From Sminthopsis crassicaudata (Eukaryota), in NCBI RefSeq assembly GCF_048593235.1, contig NC_133617.1:31333767-31397766 (forward strand): a stretch of 64,000 bases of DNA, written 5' to 3'. Below the pieces are notes generated by a model. The model was not told the DNA's origin. It ran no database searches and was given only the letters and a program-made list of their open reading frames with translations. Shown here one piece after another: positions 34,691 to 47,989 of this stretch. The stretch's first letter is position 1; each line of letters begins with the position of its first letter. A program made the translations under genes and the position numbers.

Positions 34691-35569
34691 ACAGAATTAA
34701 TCATACCCTTGATCTTGCTATCACTAACAAATGTATCATCTCCATGTTCAAGAATTCTGAAGTGCCCTTATCTGATCATAATATATTGGCTTTCAACCTC
34801 TCCCTCTGCTTTCCTTTACCAAATCCTACTCTTTGTCTTTGACCTCCAATCCCTTTCAGTTCTCTTCTAGCTCATGACCCCTGACCTAGACATTTATTCC
34901 TTTTTTCCCTATCTTGACTCCTTGGTGAACTAGGTCAAAACTATATTATTCCATTCTATCTGAAAGAAATTATTTTTCTCTTGTATTAAAAAGCAATTAA
35001 TAGAGGGAGGAATATATCCAGGTTTTTTTCTCTATTTCCTCATTCAGACATAAATACCTGTAGGTTATTCAGTCAGTCTCTGAAGAGAACTGCTGATAGA
35101 TTAGATCACCCATATCCAAAATATGTTTTTTTTTTTTAAATCTTGGGGGGGATCCTACACAACTAGAAAACCTTACAAAGAGAATCTAATTTAAATGAAT
35201 TCCTTTACATTGTGTTCCCTGCAAATAGATCTGGGTAATGCTAAATTCCTTTGTCAAGACAGCTGAGAAGTGTTCTGCAAAGAGAATGACATAATCAAAG
35301 TCATATCCTCCAACCTTTCATTAGAATAGGCCCATCTCTCATTATAATATTCATTCTCTCATTAGTTGTTAACCAGAGTTTATTTCTGTCTGTTGGGAAC
35401 ACCCACTCTAATAAGGACATATAAGCTCAATGCTTTACATAATTGCCTTTGGTTTACGAGAGAAAGGCAAGTGACCATCATTTTATTAATTATCTACTAG
35501 CCATAATTTTATTCAATTTTATTAATTTGATTATTAATCATCTAGAAATTGTCTTTCAGACTTTTCACT

Positions 35570-37100
35570 CATCACATATCCCATCTCCCCTAATAAATTA
35601 CCTCCTTTTATCATTCTCATTCTATCAATAATTTTATTTCTTTCTTTTTACTGGCTCCTTCCTTACTATCTACCAATATGCCTAATGTCATCCCCATTCT
35701 CAAAAATCCTCCCTTGATTCTTCCAAGCTCCTTTGTGGCTAAACTCCCTAAGAAGGTAATTTCTTTATCCAATAGGAGCCTCTGTTTTCCCTCTGGTTAT
35801 TCTCTTTTTAATCTTTCACAATCTGACTTCCAATCTTATGGAACTGAAACTGCTCTTTCCAAAATTACTAATGATTATCTTCTCTTAATCCTCATTCTTC
35901 TTGGGCTCTCTGCATTCTCTACACTCTTTCATCATCTCTCCTCCACACTTCTCTCTTGGTTTTCAGACTATCACTCTCTCTCCTTGTTCTCTTCCTATCA
36001 AATCATTTTTTTCTCAGTATCCCTCTCTGGATCCGCAATAAACAGTGTGTGGATCACATCCTCTAATCACAGGTTTCCCTACAGTGTTCTATACTGCATC
36101 CTCTTCTCCCTCGATCCTACTGCACTTGATGATCTCATCAGTTCCCCTGGATTTAACTACCATCTCTTTGCTGCTGTTTCTCAAATCCACTTATCCTGCC
36201 ACCTCTCTCTTGACCTCCAACCCTGTATCTCCAAATGCCTTTCAGACATCTTGAAGTGAATTCCAATAGACATCTGAAACCCAACATGTCCAAAACTGAC
36301 CCCTCCCTACTTCCAACCTTTCCTATTACTATGGAAGGCAGCGCCATCCTTAGGCTCTCAAGCTTGCAACTGAGGAGCCAGCCTGAGCTCCTCCTACTTC
36401 TTACCCCTCCTCATATCCAATATGGCCCCAATGCCTATCAATTTCACCTTTGCCACATCACCTCAAATGGACCCCCTTCTCCTGGCCTTCATCATTTGCT
36501 GCCATAACCTGTGCATGGGTCTACCTGCCTGAAGTCTCTACCCACTGCGATCTATCTTCTATTCAGCCACCAACGTGATTTTCTGATCATATCACACCTC
36601 TATTAAACTCCAGTGGCTCCCTGCCACCTCCAGGATCAAATACAAAGTATTCTATTTGGTATTTAAAGCCCTTCACAACCTTTTCCCTACCACTTTTCCA
36701 GTCTCTTTACACTTTATTCCCTGCCATATATTCTTCCACAAACTAGACACTCTACCTCTCTATTCCAGGAACTTTCTTTGGCTGTTTGCCTTCCTGGCAG
36801 TTCTGGAATTTTCTCCCTCCTCCCCTAGACTGATTTCTCTGGCTTCCTTCAAATCCCAATTAACATCCACTCTTCTAATGAAAGTCTTTTTAACACTTCT
36901 TAATTCTAGTGCCTTCCCTTTAGTGTCTACTTCCTAAGTATTTTATACATGACTAGTCTATATGTAGTTGTTTGCTTGTTATGTCCACCATTAGATTGTG
37001 AGTTCCTTGAGGGTAGGTTCTGTCTTTTGATTTCTTTTGTATCCCTATTCTTTAGTACAGTACCTGGCATACAGTAGACAATTAATAAATGCTTGTTGAC
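35570..37100 (+). mobile_element. L2 LINE including decayed reverse-transcriptase region
   Basis: ORF 35678-36259 contains QSDFQSYGTETALSKITND...LILLGLSAFST, a degenerate L2 RT motif (QSGFR..HSTETAL.KV.ND...LLDLSAAFDT); L2 tail at about 37060-37100. Confidence 0.85.
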
Positions 37101-37559
37101 CAACTCCTGCTTCCCTTATTGATATTCCAACTCTCCAAAACAATAATAGTTAGCACTTCTATATGGTTTTAGAGTTTGCAAAACACTTTAGAAAGATCTC
37201 ATTTGATCCTCATAACCGCTGGGAGATAGGTGCTATTGTTATCCCCATTTTACAGACATGGAAAATGAGGTAAACAGAAGTTAACTCTGCTCACAGTCAG
37301 ACAACTAGGGAATGTCTGAGGCTGGATTCATTTGAAAATGGAAGCTGGTGCAAAGTGAAGGACTCCCTCATACCTCTTAAAAGATTATTTTCTCTGTATT
37401 CCATTCTTTTACATCTTATTAGGGTCATCTCTGTCCATGGTTCTTAAGGGAGTTCTATATTATAAAATATTTGCATTTACCTTTAAGTTATATTAAAATA
37501 TATTCCTTTACATAAATAGGCTCATGCAGTCATAGAGAATGTTCCATGGAGGGTTCAAA

Positions 37560-38500
37560 TGAAAGAGAGATTTGTTGCCATTTTTTTTTAGATGATGAGT
37601 TCACCAGATTCACCAAATTTGTGGACAATATTATCCTTATTACACCAAAACGAAGAATAGTACAACAAAACAAAGACAAAACAAAAATCCTCAGAGATTC
37701 ATGATAACTCAAAAGAGGTCAGCATAATAATCTATACAGGCAAAAACAAATCAATGATAAATGTCTATTGTCCAAACTGTGACATCAAGTTAGTTGGCTA
37801 ATATAGCTTAGATAGGAAGTGGAAATGGACAATGAGCCTGATCCAGAGCTGAGTAAGTGGGAGTGTAAGCTTCTGCTACAGTGTTGTAAAAGAGGAATTG
37901 TCTTTTTTTTTTTTTAAACTTATATTCCAGGGCCTGATTAAATGTTTCTTGAGTGACTAGATTAGATTACATTTTGGAAATTCCACAATGTCTTGAGAAT
38001 CCCAAGATGCTCTCTCTGTCTCTCTGCCTGTGTCTGTTTCTCTGTCTCTATCAAGAGTCTGTGACTCTTACACACACACCTTTAAAAAAAAACAAAAACA
38101 AAAAAAATGTTTTTTTCAGAACCAAAGAGTGGTGAATCTTGGAGCACAACAACCTCTACTAAATCATAGTGGTTGATAACTCCAAGGACAATGGAAAAGA
38201 CAAAATAATAATGACATTAGGACTTATGCACAAGAAATTGTATAAAGAATATAAACCAGTAAAAATATAATCTAAAAAATTAAATGAGCTAGGCATTTAC
38301 TAAGAGCGAGGAATGGACAGCTGCAGGACTGTCGGCAAATTAAAAAAAAAATTTAATTCCTAGAGTAAAACCCCTTTGCATCCTGGATGGATTTTCAGTG
38401 GGTCAATAAACATCTACTAACCAAATCTATGGAAGAGTATGGCATGGAGAAGAATTGGTGGATTGGTTAGATGGGATGTTATCTAAAACAATAGGAGTAA
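37560..38500 (+). mobile_element. Possible RTE-clade LINE remnant
   Basis: Decayed coding-like text (gagcctgatccagagctgagtaagtgggag...) reminiscent of RTE RT; not firmly identified. Confidence 0.35.
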
Positions 38501-39485
38501 TATTAATATCACTGAGGTAACAGCTCTAATTAAGCACTGGCATATTATGTCTCTCTAGGCATGTATTGGACTTAGAGTTGGACCTAGGGAACTGAAATCT
38601 AATCTTCATGACTATGTAAGCCTATGAATATAAAGGAATAAATTTGAATACCACTTTAAACACAAATGCAAATAAATTTAACATAAGCATAAATGCACAT
38701 CTAAAATTCCATATTTCATGATTGTATACAGGCGTTTTTTCTTCTTTCTAAAGTTTTACTGATGCTTTTTGTTTTTAATCCTAACTGATTATTTTTAAGG
38801 ATGAGAACACGAAGCTTTGATCCTTCCCAATCCTAGAAGCCTTGTCTATCCCTAGACTGAGCTATCTGGAAGTGTAAAATACACAAACCTTCAGTGTGTA
38901 AGGGAAAAGGTTCTGTGGGATGAATTTAGGAGTCAACTAAAAGTAATCCATTTGTTCTTTCATTCAACAAACTTATTAAATGAATAATAAATGAAATAAG
39001 AAAAAGCTATTTCAAAAAGAAATCAGCGTTATCTCCTCTCTCGAATAAATTTTCTTTACTTTCAAGGCAGCAAAAGAAATATCCTTCTGATATCACACAC
39101 CCCGCCCCAGAGACTAGAACCCAGGCGTCTAGCCTCCCAGGCTATTGTCTGAAGCCCTTGGGGTTTTCTCCAGCAATCGGATGGAAGCTGACCGTCCCTG
39201 CCTTTCTTCTTCGGGGGAAAACGTAGCGCGCTGGCCCAGCCCCTCCCTCGGGCTAGAAGCCCCCACTGTGGCTCCCATCCAGGTGAGTCATTGCACCAAA
39301 CGCCTCCGCGGCTGCCGGGAACCGTGAGTCACACCACCCTCTCCCCATCCTCATCCCAGCACCAAAGGATGCAAGAATCCCTTCCTCCCTTTCTGCCCGT
39401 GGCTCCTGCATCCGCGGCCAGCTTCCCTCTCCGCCGGCCAGACTGCTGGCCCCCCACCGAACAAGCCTGGGGCCCCGAGCCTCAC

Positions 39486-39568
39486 CCGCAGCTCCCGGCT
39501 GCAGCGCACAGCTCCGACGCCAGGCCGCTCTCTCCCTCCCAGGGAGACGCCTGCATCTGGCCCGGCAT
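39486..39568 (-). CDS. FAM216A: FAM216A coding exon 1
   Basis: MPGQMQASPWEGESGLASELCAAAGSC(G), matching the human internal MPGQGPGSDW start. CGG|gtgagg donor in phase 2 fits exon 2; total CDS 756 nt = 251 aa + stop. Confidence 0.85.
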
Positions 39569-40464
39569 CTTCTCCAAAAGGTCCCCGACGACGACGTCCA
39601 CTGCAGGAAGGGAGGGAGGACAGCTTTCCCCGCTCCTTGTGCGGGCGTCAGGCTGCGTGCGTTAGGCCGGGAGATGTTGGGGTGACGGGGCGCTGCGCCC
39701 CGACCCGGGCCGCCGCGTGCCTGGCTCCTTCCCTCCCTCCCACTCCTCGGGGGGCTCCCGCCGGCCGGGCTCCGGCAGGGCAGCGGGACGCTTGGCTAGG
39801 CGTGGAGCGCGGGCGGGGGGCACGTTTACATGTTTCGGGGCCGAGGATGCCCCGTGAGCGGGAGGAGCTCGCACATCCTAGGCGGGCGATGACGCCGCGT
39901 GCATCCTAAGCACCGCGGGCACGCCTCTTTACGGGAGCCCTTAGCTGGAAATACAACAATGTTACGGTTACAACAGTAACTTAAAACATTTGAAAGCCGC
40001 CCAGCTAAGCTCAGAACATCCCCCTTCACAGCAACGCCCAGATCTGCGGGAGCCTGGTTAGGCGGTGGCTCCAGGATAGCCCCGGGCAACGCTGCGCTCC
40101 CGCCCCTCCTGCAGGTGGAGGGATGGATGGATGGTCCAGAGAGTCAAGCGTTATCCCTGGATCCGTCCCCGACCGTTCTGCGCCTGCGTGCCCGGCCAGC
40201 CGCTAGGCGAACCCAAATTGACCTCAGTGCAGGTCTTTTCTGTTTAGGAAGCATGACCCTCCTGCAGACCCGTAGCAGGAGGCGCGGCTGCGGATGAGTG
40301 AAGGGGGCAGGGACCGAAGGCGGGCCCTCGGTTTCGATTGGCCTTCCCGCCCCTCCCGGAAGTTGAGTCGCGGACGGGGCGCACTCAGAAGTTGCCGGGA
40401 CGCTCTGGGCGTGCTGCTTCCTCTCTGACTCTGTCGGGCTCGGCGGGGACCCACGAGGATCAAA

Positions 40465-40512
40465 ATGCCTCGATACGCGCAGCTGGTGATGGGCCCCGCC
40501 GGCAGCGGAAAG
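40465..40512 (+). CDS. GPN3: GPN3 exon 1 (GPN-loop GTPase 3; most of Walker A)
   Basis: MPRYAQLVMGPAGSGK, |gtcagt; 48 nt. Confidence 0.97.
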
Positions 40513-41919
40513 GTCAGTGTTGGCAGGAGGGGGTCGGAAACGCGACGGAAACTCTAAGGCTCCCGGCGACCCCCAGGGTGGCTGGAGCGTATCCCCATGG
40601 TACACAATCCTCAGACTGGGTTCTACAGCCGCCCCCAGACTCCGGGTGGGATGCCCGGGATCGCGGGGCAGGGACTGGTTCAGGAGCTGCCTCTTTAGCG
40701 TCCCAGGGAATGCAAATATGAACTTTAGAGGACTTGACATAACATTCACTTAATAGGAGCAGCGTGGAACAGCGGACGTCGAGTCTGCTCCCAGGCACAG
40801 GCTGACTGGCCCTGGCCCAGTCACCTCTCACCAAGAAAAACTGGCATCTGCCGAGGTGGAGGGCACAACCACCCCGGGAACGTCCAGCTCCACTCCACCG
40901 CCAACCAATTTAATAGTCAATTAACATTTATTAAGCTCCTCGTACATAACAGGCACTGATCTAAGCGGCAGGAATGCAACCTAAAAGGAATAGAAATGAC
41001 TAACACTGCCCCAGATCCTAGAGATATCAAAGGAGGGCTTGACGTTATAGAAGCTAATATCAGCCCATTATAGATAATCTCCTAGCTGTGTGATTGTGGG
41101 TAGTTCACACTTTTCTTTTGTTGTAAAATTGGACTCTTAATAGGGATTTTAGATAGGGATTTTGTATAACTTAAATGAGGTGATGCCATCAATGGCAAAT
41201 CTTAAAACATCAGGACCCCCTGTAATAGGGGTCTTTTCAATTTAATGAAATTTGTGGGAGGTTTTTTAGAGGGGAAAGGAAACATACACAATTGTGTTTG
41301 TGTTGTGTAGTGCCTGAAGGCACTAACTAGTTGCCATCACCTAAAGATTTTTCATGCTAAACTTGTAGCATCATAGATTTAGGGCTGGAAGTGACCTTAG
41401 AGATGAATTAATCTAATCCTTTAATTTTACAGAAAAGGAAACTGAGGCCTAGGATAATTAAGTGTCTTGGCCAAGCCATGGGCCAGGAATCGAACCTAGG
41501 GTCTTCTGACTTCTAATCCAGTTCTCTCTTTTACTGCATTGTAGCCTGTTTGATCTTGGACTTATCATATACCCCTTTCTGAGCCTCAGTTTCTTCCTTT
41601 GTAGAAATGATAAAGCCAGACTCTAAAGACCCTACCAGCTCATATGCCCAGATCTCTAGCATGAAGAAGTTGAACCAGTTAGCCTCTGAGTTCCCTCTCA
41701 GCTCCAAAACTAAGATCATATTAGTTCAGAGTTATCTCTCTAACACGATGGCTGTAGAATTGCAGTCTTTCATAACTTTGTAAAATGCTTCTAATACCTG
41801 AAGTGGCTCCAGGGGGTTATTTTAAGTGTGGCCTTATTGAAACAGAGGAGTCATAGAGTAAATATGAATGCTGCTTCTTGGATTCAAAGCCAGAAAACTT
41901 GAGTTGGTCTCCCAACCAT

Positions 41920-43074
41920 AGAGTCATCCTGGACTCTCTCATCCCATTATATCTAAGCTATTGCCATAGTTTGCTGATTTCACCTTTGTAGCATCTCTTG
42001 TCCATTTCACCTTTGTAGCATCTTTTGTCTATTTAACTTTTTTAGCATTTCTTGTCCATTTCACCTTTGCAGTATCTCTTGTCCATTTCACCTTTGTAGC
42101 ATTTTTTGTCTAACTTTTGCAGCATTTCTTGTCCATTTCACCTTTGCAGTATCTCTTGTCCATTTCACCTTTGTAGCATCTTTTGTCTATATAACTTTTT
42201 TAGCATTTCTTGTCCATTTCACCTTTGCAGTATCTCTTGTCCATTTCACCTTTGCAGTATCTCTTGTCCATTTCACCTTTGTAGCATTTTTTGTCTATTT
42301 AACTTTTGCAGCATTTCTTGTCCATTTCACCTTTGCAGTATCTCTTGTCCATTTCACCTTTGCAGTATCTCTTGTCCATTTCACCTTTGTAGCATTTTTT
42401 GTCTATTTAACTTTTGCAGCATTTCTTGTCCATTTCACCTTTGCAGTATCTCTTGTCCATTTCACCTTTTTAGCATCTTTTGTCTATTTAACTTTTTTAG
42501 CATTTTTTGTCTATTTAACTTTTGCAGCATTTCTTGTCCATTTCACCTTTGCAGTATCTCTTGTCCATTTCACCTTTGTAGCATTTTTTGTCTATTTAAC
42601 TTTTGCAGCATTTCTTGTCCATTTCACCTTTGCAGTATCTCTTGTCCATTTCACCTTTTTAGCATCTTTTGTCTATTTAACTTTTTTAGCATTTTTTGTC
42701 TATTTAACTTTTGCAGCATTTCTTGTCCATTTCACCTTTGCAGTATCTCTTGTCCATTTCACCTTTGTAGCATTTTTTGTCTATTTAACTTTTGCAGCAT
42801 TTCTTGTCCATTTCACCTTTGCAGTATCTCTTGTCCATTTCACCTTTGTAACATCTTTTGTCTTTTTAACTTTTGCAGCATTACTTGTCCATTTCACCTT
42901 TATAGCATCCAATACACCTTCTTCTCTTCTCTCGCATTGCTTCCCTCAAGTGCGGACCTTCATCACCTCACACCTAGACTATGGCAATAGCTGCTGAAGG
43001 GTCCGTCTGCTTGCCTTCAGGCTTCCTCCATTTAAATTCATTCAGCTGCTAAAGTGATTTTCCTAAAATGGAAT

Positions 43075-43129
<55 letters not shown>

Positions 43130-43540
43130 TCACTCTGAATATATTTTATAGGTTCCCTTTTGTCTTCAGGACAAAATACAAAATCCTCTGGTATTCAAAG
43201 TCCTTCATGACCCAGCCTCCTCTTACCTTTCTAATCTTCTTACACCTTACTCCCCAACACAATCTTTTAGGTCCTGTGATATTGCCCTGGCTTTTCCTCA
43301 AATCAGGCATTCCATTTCTTTCTTTCTTCAAATTCCAGCTAAAATCCCATCTTTTACAAGAAAAATTCCACCATAATTCTAGTGCCTTCCTCTGTTAGTG
43401 ACTTCCTACTTATCTTTATATTTGTTGCTTGTTGACTCCCCCCAAAATTGTAAGATACTTGAGAGACTGTCTTTTCTCTCTTTTTGTATCCCTAGCATTG
43501 CCTAGCATATAATAGACACTTAATAAATGTTTATTGATTG
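41920..43540 (+). mobile_element. L2 element hosting an internal minisatellite and a (CA)n run
   Basis: L2 blocks ccttcatcacctcacacctagactatggcaatag; cagctgctaaagtgattttcctaaa; tail acttaataaatgtttattgattg. (CA)n at about 43078-43127. Confidence 0.8.
41975..42909 (+). repeat. 27-bp two-variant minisatellite, about 34.5 units
   Basis: Unit A ttgtccatttcacctttgcagtatctc, unit B ttgtctatttaacttttgcagcattt(c/t). Periodicity is also visible in the 9-residue repeats of ORF 42106-42990. Confidence 0.97.
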
Positions 43541-46033
43541 TTTTACTCTTCATTTTCCTGGGCCTCCACATGTTCAGCTATAAAATCAAAGATATAGGTA
43601 AATGATCTCCAAGGTCTTTTTCAGCTCTGGATTCTATAATTCAAGGTTTGTTTCAGCTTTTGTGTCCCTAGTGATAAGCAGTAGTCAGATAATCCCCATT
43701 TAAGTACTTCTTATGTCCTAGGTGCCCAGAGATACAAAGACACTGATCAATCCAAACACAAACATTTATTAAATAATTACTGTGTGCTGAGCACTACATA
43801 CAAAAATAGTAATCTATGCTATGAACATACATTTATTAAGTATCTGCTGTATGCCAGGGACTACTGGTAAATGCTAGAAAATACAAAGACAAACATGAAC
43901 CAGGCCCTGTCCTCAAGGGAGATAAGGGAAATAGCATATGAGCAGCTGAGTGCAGGTGTGATCATTCAACAAGCAGTTATTAAACACATTCTGTCTTAGA
44001 CTATAATTTACAGAGATGCCAGCTTTCACCGGCAGGAGTTTCCTATACCAGTAAAATGCCTCGATGATCCTTTTGCTGTCCTTTGAGTCTGAGGCTGAGC
44101 TCATGCCCAGTATCCCTGCCCTCAGTGAGGGAAGGTCAGTGTACTTTGGAGGTGAAGGACTGTGGAGTAAGGACTGGAGGAGACCTTAAAGGCCATCAAA
44201 GCTAATTACTCCAGTTTAGACATGAGAAAACTGAGACCCAGAGCCACTAAATTGCTTGACTGTGATCACTTTGGGAGGAAGTAGAAGAGTCAGGATTTAA
44301 ATCTAAATCTTCTCATTCTGGCAGCTCAATAGTCTGGAGTTAGGAAGACCTGAGTTTAATTCCAGCCTCAGATAAATCCCTTCACCCGGTTTGCCTCAGT
44401 TTCCTCATCTGTAAAATGAGCTGAAGAAAGAAATGGCATACCACTTCATTGTCTTTGCCAAGAAAACCTCAAATGGGGTCATGAAGAGTTAGACAAGATT
44501 GAACAAAAAAAGGCCTCTGACTCTAAATCCAACACTCGTTATGTTACTCTATATCAGTCAGCTAGCAAGCATTTATTAAATGCCTGCTGTGTACTGTACA
44601 GTGCTAGGCAGTGGGAATACAAAGAAAGATAAAAGACAGCTCTTGCACTCATCTAATGGGGGAGACTACATGCAGTTGTATCTCTTCCCACTGTAGACCT
44701 CACCTCTCAAACCTCTCCTTCTCTGAAGGAGAATTCTGTTCTGTTTAATTCGGTAAGCATTTAATATGCTGAATCTCAAAGGGTCCCAAGGTGAGAAACT
44801 ACACAGCTCCTGCCCATGGGTTGGATGCTTTCACTCCTCTTGGGGATGGAGCTTCCCAGGTAGACTCTGATGGGGCCAAAAGAGAGAGCCAGCCCATGTA
44901 CCTCTTGTAAAATGGAAGGAGATCACAACAGTTCTGGGCTTCAGGCAGGCTTGTGACCCCTTTTCACTGAAGAAATTTTTATATGATCCTGGGTACATAA
45001 GTGTATTAAATTGATACACAAATCAAACATTTGCTGATAAATCATAATTTTGTGCAATTCAGAGCTGTCAGAAGAAATGAAGAACTTGTGGAGGAAGCAG
45101 GAGAGGGATTGGATAGAAGTCCCTGCTTGGAATGGTAGGGGAATGCAGTACCAGTTCTGGTGGCTGAGGACAAGAGTTCAAATCCTGGAGGCTGAGGACC
45201 TCTTACCTGTATGACTTTCCTGGGCTGCAGTTTGCTCAGCTGTAACATGAGAAACTTGAGTTAGACCTCTGAAGTCCCGATCAATAATAGCCTCTAAACT
45301 TAAGGATTTAGACCCGAAAGGGACTTTAGAAGTAATAGATCCACCCCCACCCCCCATGACCCCATTGTACGGGTGAGGACACTGAGATGCAAAGAGTTGA
45401 GGTACTTGCTGAAGGTCACTCCTGCAGCCAGGCAGGATCATCACTGGAACAGGATCCCAGGCCTCCTGACTCTGCTGGGCTCAGCACTGCCTCCACTAGT
45501 GCTGCCCCTTCCCTTTACAGATAGGAAATCGTGGCCTAGGGTGGTCAATTAATTGGCCCAATTTCACACAAGTAGCTGGGATTTGAATCCAGGTCCTTGA
45601 ACTGCAGATCACTGCTCTTTTCTCTCCTGCTTTGGATGAGACCAAATGAGAAAAGTCTCCAAGCATCCACCTAGAGGCCATCGAGCAGCTCTGAAGATCT
45701 GTGGCTTTTGTTCTAGAAGTGGGCAGACCAATCAGAAGCTGTTCAGTCTACTCAAAGACAGAGTAGAAAGAGGTTCTCACTGATCTATGAGCCCTCCCAA
45801 CTAACCGCCTGCCTCCTTCCCATCTGTCAGCCCTGTCTGTCTGTCTGCCCTGTCTGTCTGTCTGCCCTGTCCCATCTGAGTGCTGTTCTCTGTTTTCCTT
45901 CATCTGCCTCTTTCCCTTCTGTACCCTCCTCTCTGGCCCTGTCCCACTGGGTTTGGATAATCCCCTCTGAACTCGTAGCCCTCATGGTCCCATCTGCCCC
46001 ACCCCCCCAGCTGCAGCTTTCCTGTCATTACAG

Positions 46034-46142
46034 AGCACGTACTGTCACACCATGGTCCAGCACTGTGAAACCCTCAACCGCTCCGTCCAAGTGGTGAACC
46101 TGGATCCTGCAGCCGAGCACTTCAGCTACCCTGTGATGGCAG
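46034..46142 (+). CDS. GPN3: GPN3 exon 2
   Basis: [36 protein letters not shown](D); ttacag| and |gtaagc; 109 nt. Confidence 0.97.
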
Positions 46143-47989
46143 GTAAGCAGCCTGCTCTCCCCCTTCCTACTGCCCCGGCTCCCCTGCTGCCCTTCCCTCC
46201 GGACCCCAGCCGCAGCTAGCGCACGATCCATGAAGGGAGAAAGCGTGCAGTGGAGGAAGGAGGAAGAAGCGAACGCAGGTCCTACCCCTAAGGAACAAGC
46301 TCATTTCTCCCTCAGTCCCCAGTCTGAAACCTGCTTCAAGTTAACATTCAGGGGACTTCAGGAACCATTTATTAGGCCCCTACTATGTGCAGATAATAAC
46401 TGGTTCCCTTCAATTGGACAGGCATTTAGTAAGTGCCTATTATGTGCTAGCCACTGCTGATGCTGGGGATAAAAGACAAAAACTGAGTGGTTCCTGACCT
46501 CCAGACAGAGGGAGAAAAGTAGATACAAGATAGTCAGAGTGTAGATGAGTGTCTGTGCCCCTGGGGTCTTCTTGCCCTGCCTCCCATTACCTTTGCACCT
46601 GGTTCGGATTTGTGGGCACATGTCCCAGCCCTTCCACGGTTTCCTCTTCTGGGGGATGTCAAACCTTGTTCTTCCATCATCCTCCTGGGGGAGGGAGGGG
46701 TCTTTGAAAGTGTCAGGACTACAATGGTCCCCTAGTCCGTGCTGCTTCTCTGACCACCCCCTGTTCTGGTCATACATACTAAGAGCTTCCTAAGGTGGCC
46801 AGGGCATCGAGGGATGAGTCGTATATCAAGGGAACCCCCAAAATGCATCTACTTTGACCAAGTTGGATTTATACCAGGGGTGTAAGGATAGTTTAGCCAT
46901 AAGAAAACAACTAATGTAATTAATCCTGTTAAGAAAAAAAACCACCCCAAGCAAAGGGCGTTATGCAGGAAAGGCCATTGACAAAGTCCACCATTTATTT
47001 ATATTTTATACTAAAACAAATGCTAGCCAACAAAGCTGAGTATAGAAGAGTTGTTTTTTAATATGATCAATAAAAGTGGCTTTTGGAAGGAAGCCCAGAT
47101 TTAGAGGCTAAAAACCTAGATTCAAAACTCAGTGGACCAGCCACCTCATTCTGGGAGTTCCCTTTACTCAAGGGTCAAGCAGACCTTCGGGGGATCCTCC
47201 AGCTTTTAAGCTTTCCAGGAAACCCAGACCCAAGGCAGCTGGAGTAATTGTGGCCAGTGTACCGGTCACCAGGGTCTGGCTGAGCTGGACTTTATCCTCC
47301 TATCATTGCTGGGACTCGCAATCCTGATTTTTTTTTCCCCGTGGCTTCCCCTTTATCTCTGACACGACCTTCTCACCCACCATTCTTTCTAACTTCCCTC
47401 TTTCTGTCATATTAAAATTGTAGCTTGTTCTGGTCCTCCATCGCCACGCCTCTGGTCATACGCTAAGGTTAAAAGTAGCCAGTATGAAAGGGCAATGGCA
47501 GGAAGTGAGACCACAGAGGGAAATCTCACATACAGACGTCCCAAAGCACAAAGCAGCGGCATTTACAATCTGCCAAAAGCCACATCCGTAGTATGGTGGG
47601 TACTGGCTGACTCAGCCATGGCAGGCTCTCTGCCTTCAGGGGCTGCAAAATGCAAACTCCAGACCCTCCTATGGGCCTGGATGCTGCTGACTCCCAGGTG
47701 CTGCCGTTCTATCTGGATATCACCTGGATTTCCTCTTGGGCCAGCTCCATGGTGGTGCAAACAAGAGTTAGTCTGTACCCTCCAAACCCTGGGAAAGTGA
47801 AGCTCCGTTCCAGCGTGGAATGCCTATCCATCTGCACGGGTCCCTGCTGCCCAGGGCCCTGAATGCCCTCTGCCCTTCCTCATCGTTTCCCTCCTCTCCC
47901 TCATCCCTCTGCCTCTCTACTCCCTCTTGCCACTCATCTCTGCCCCTCTGTGTCTGGTCGCCTCCACTCTCTGTGCCTCGCCCTGCTGC

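Larger units (their letters stand above)
39100..40900. promoter_or_regulatory. CpG island / bidirectional promoter FAM216A-GPN3
   Basis: CpG-dense; divergent ATGs at 39568(-) and 40465(+). ATTGG 40337-40341, GC box 40346-40353, ETS CCGGAAGT 40356-40363. Confidence 0.9.

Noticed and set aside
35678-36259. 193-aa ORF
   Set aside because: Decayed L2 reverse-transcriptase remnant with degenerate motifs; not a host gene.
39662-39874. Upstream ORF in frame with FAM216A, separated by one TAA (possible readthrough extension)
   Set aside because: GTG start in GC-rich island DNA where long open frames are expected; no similarity to the human N-terminal extension that I can see.
33433-42909. Possible CRISPR-like arrays (the two regular repeat blocks)
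   Set aside because: Units are directly adjacent with no unique spacers, the DNA is mammalian, and there are no cas genes.
42106-42990. 294-aa Cys/Phe/His-rich ORF resembling a metallothionein or keratin-associated protein
   Set aside because: It is the translation of a 27-bp minisatellite inside an L2 in GPN3 intron 1; it starts at TTG, and the unit length is a multiple of 3 with no stop in that frame.
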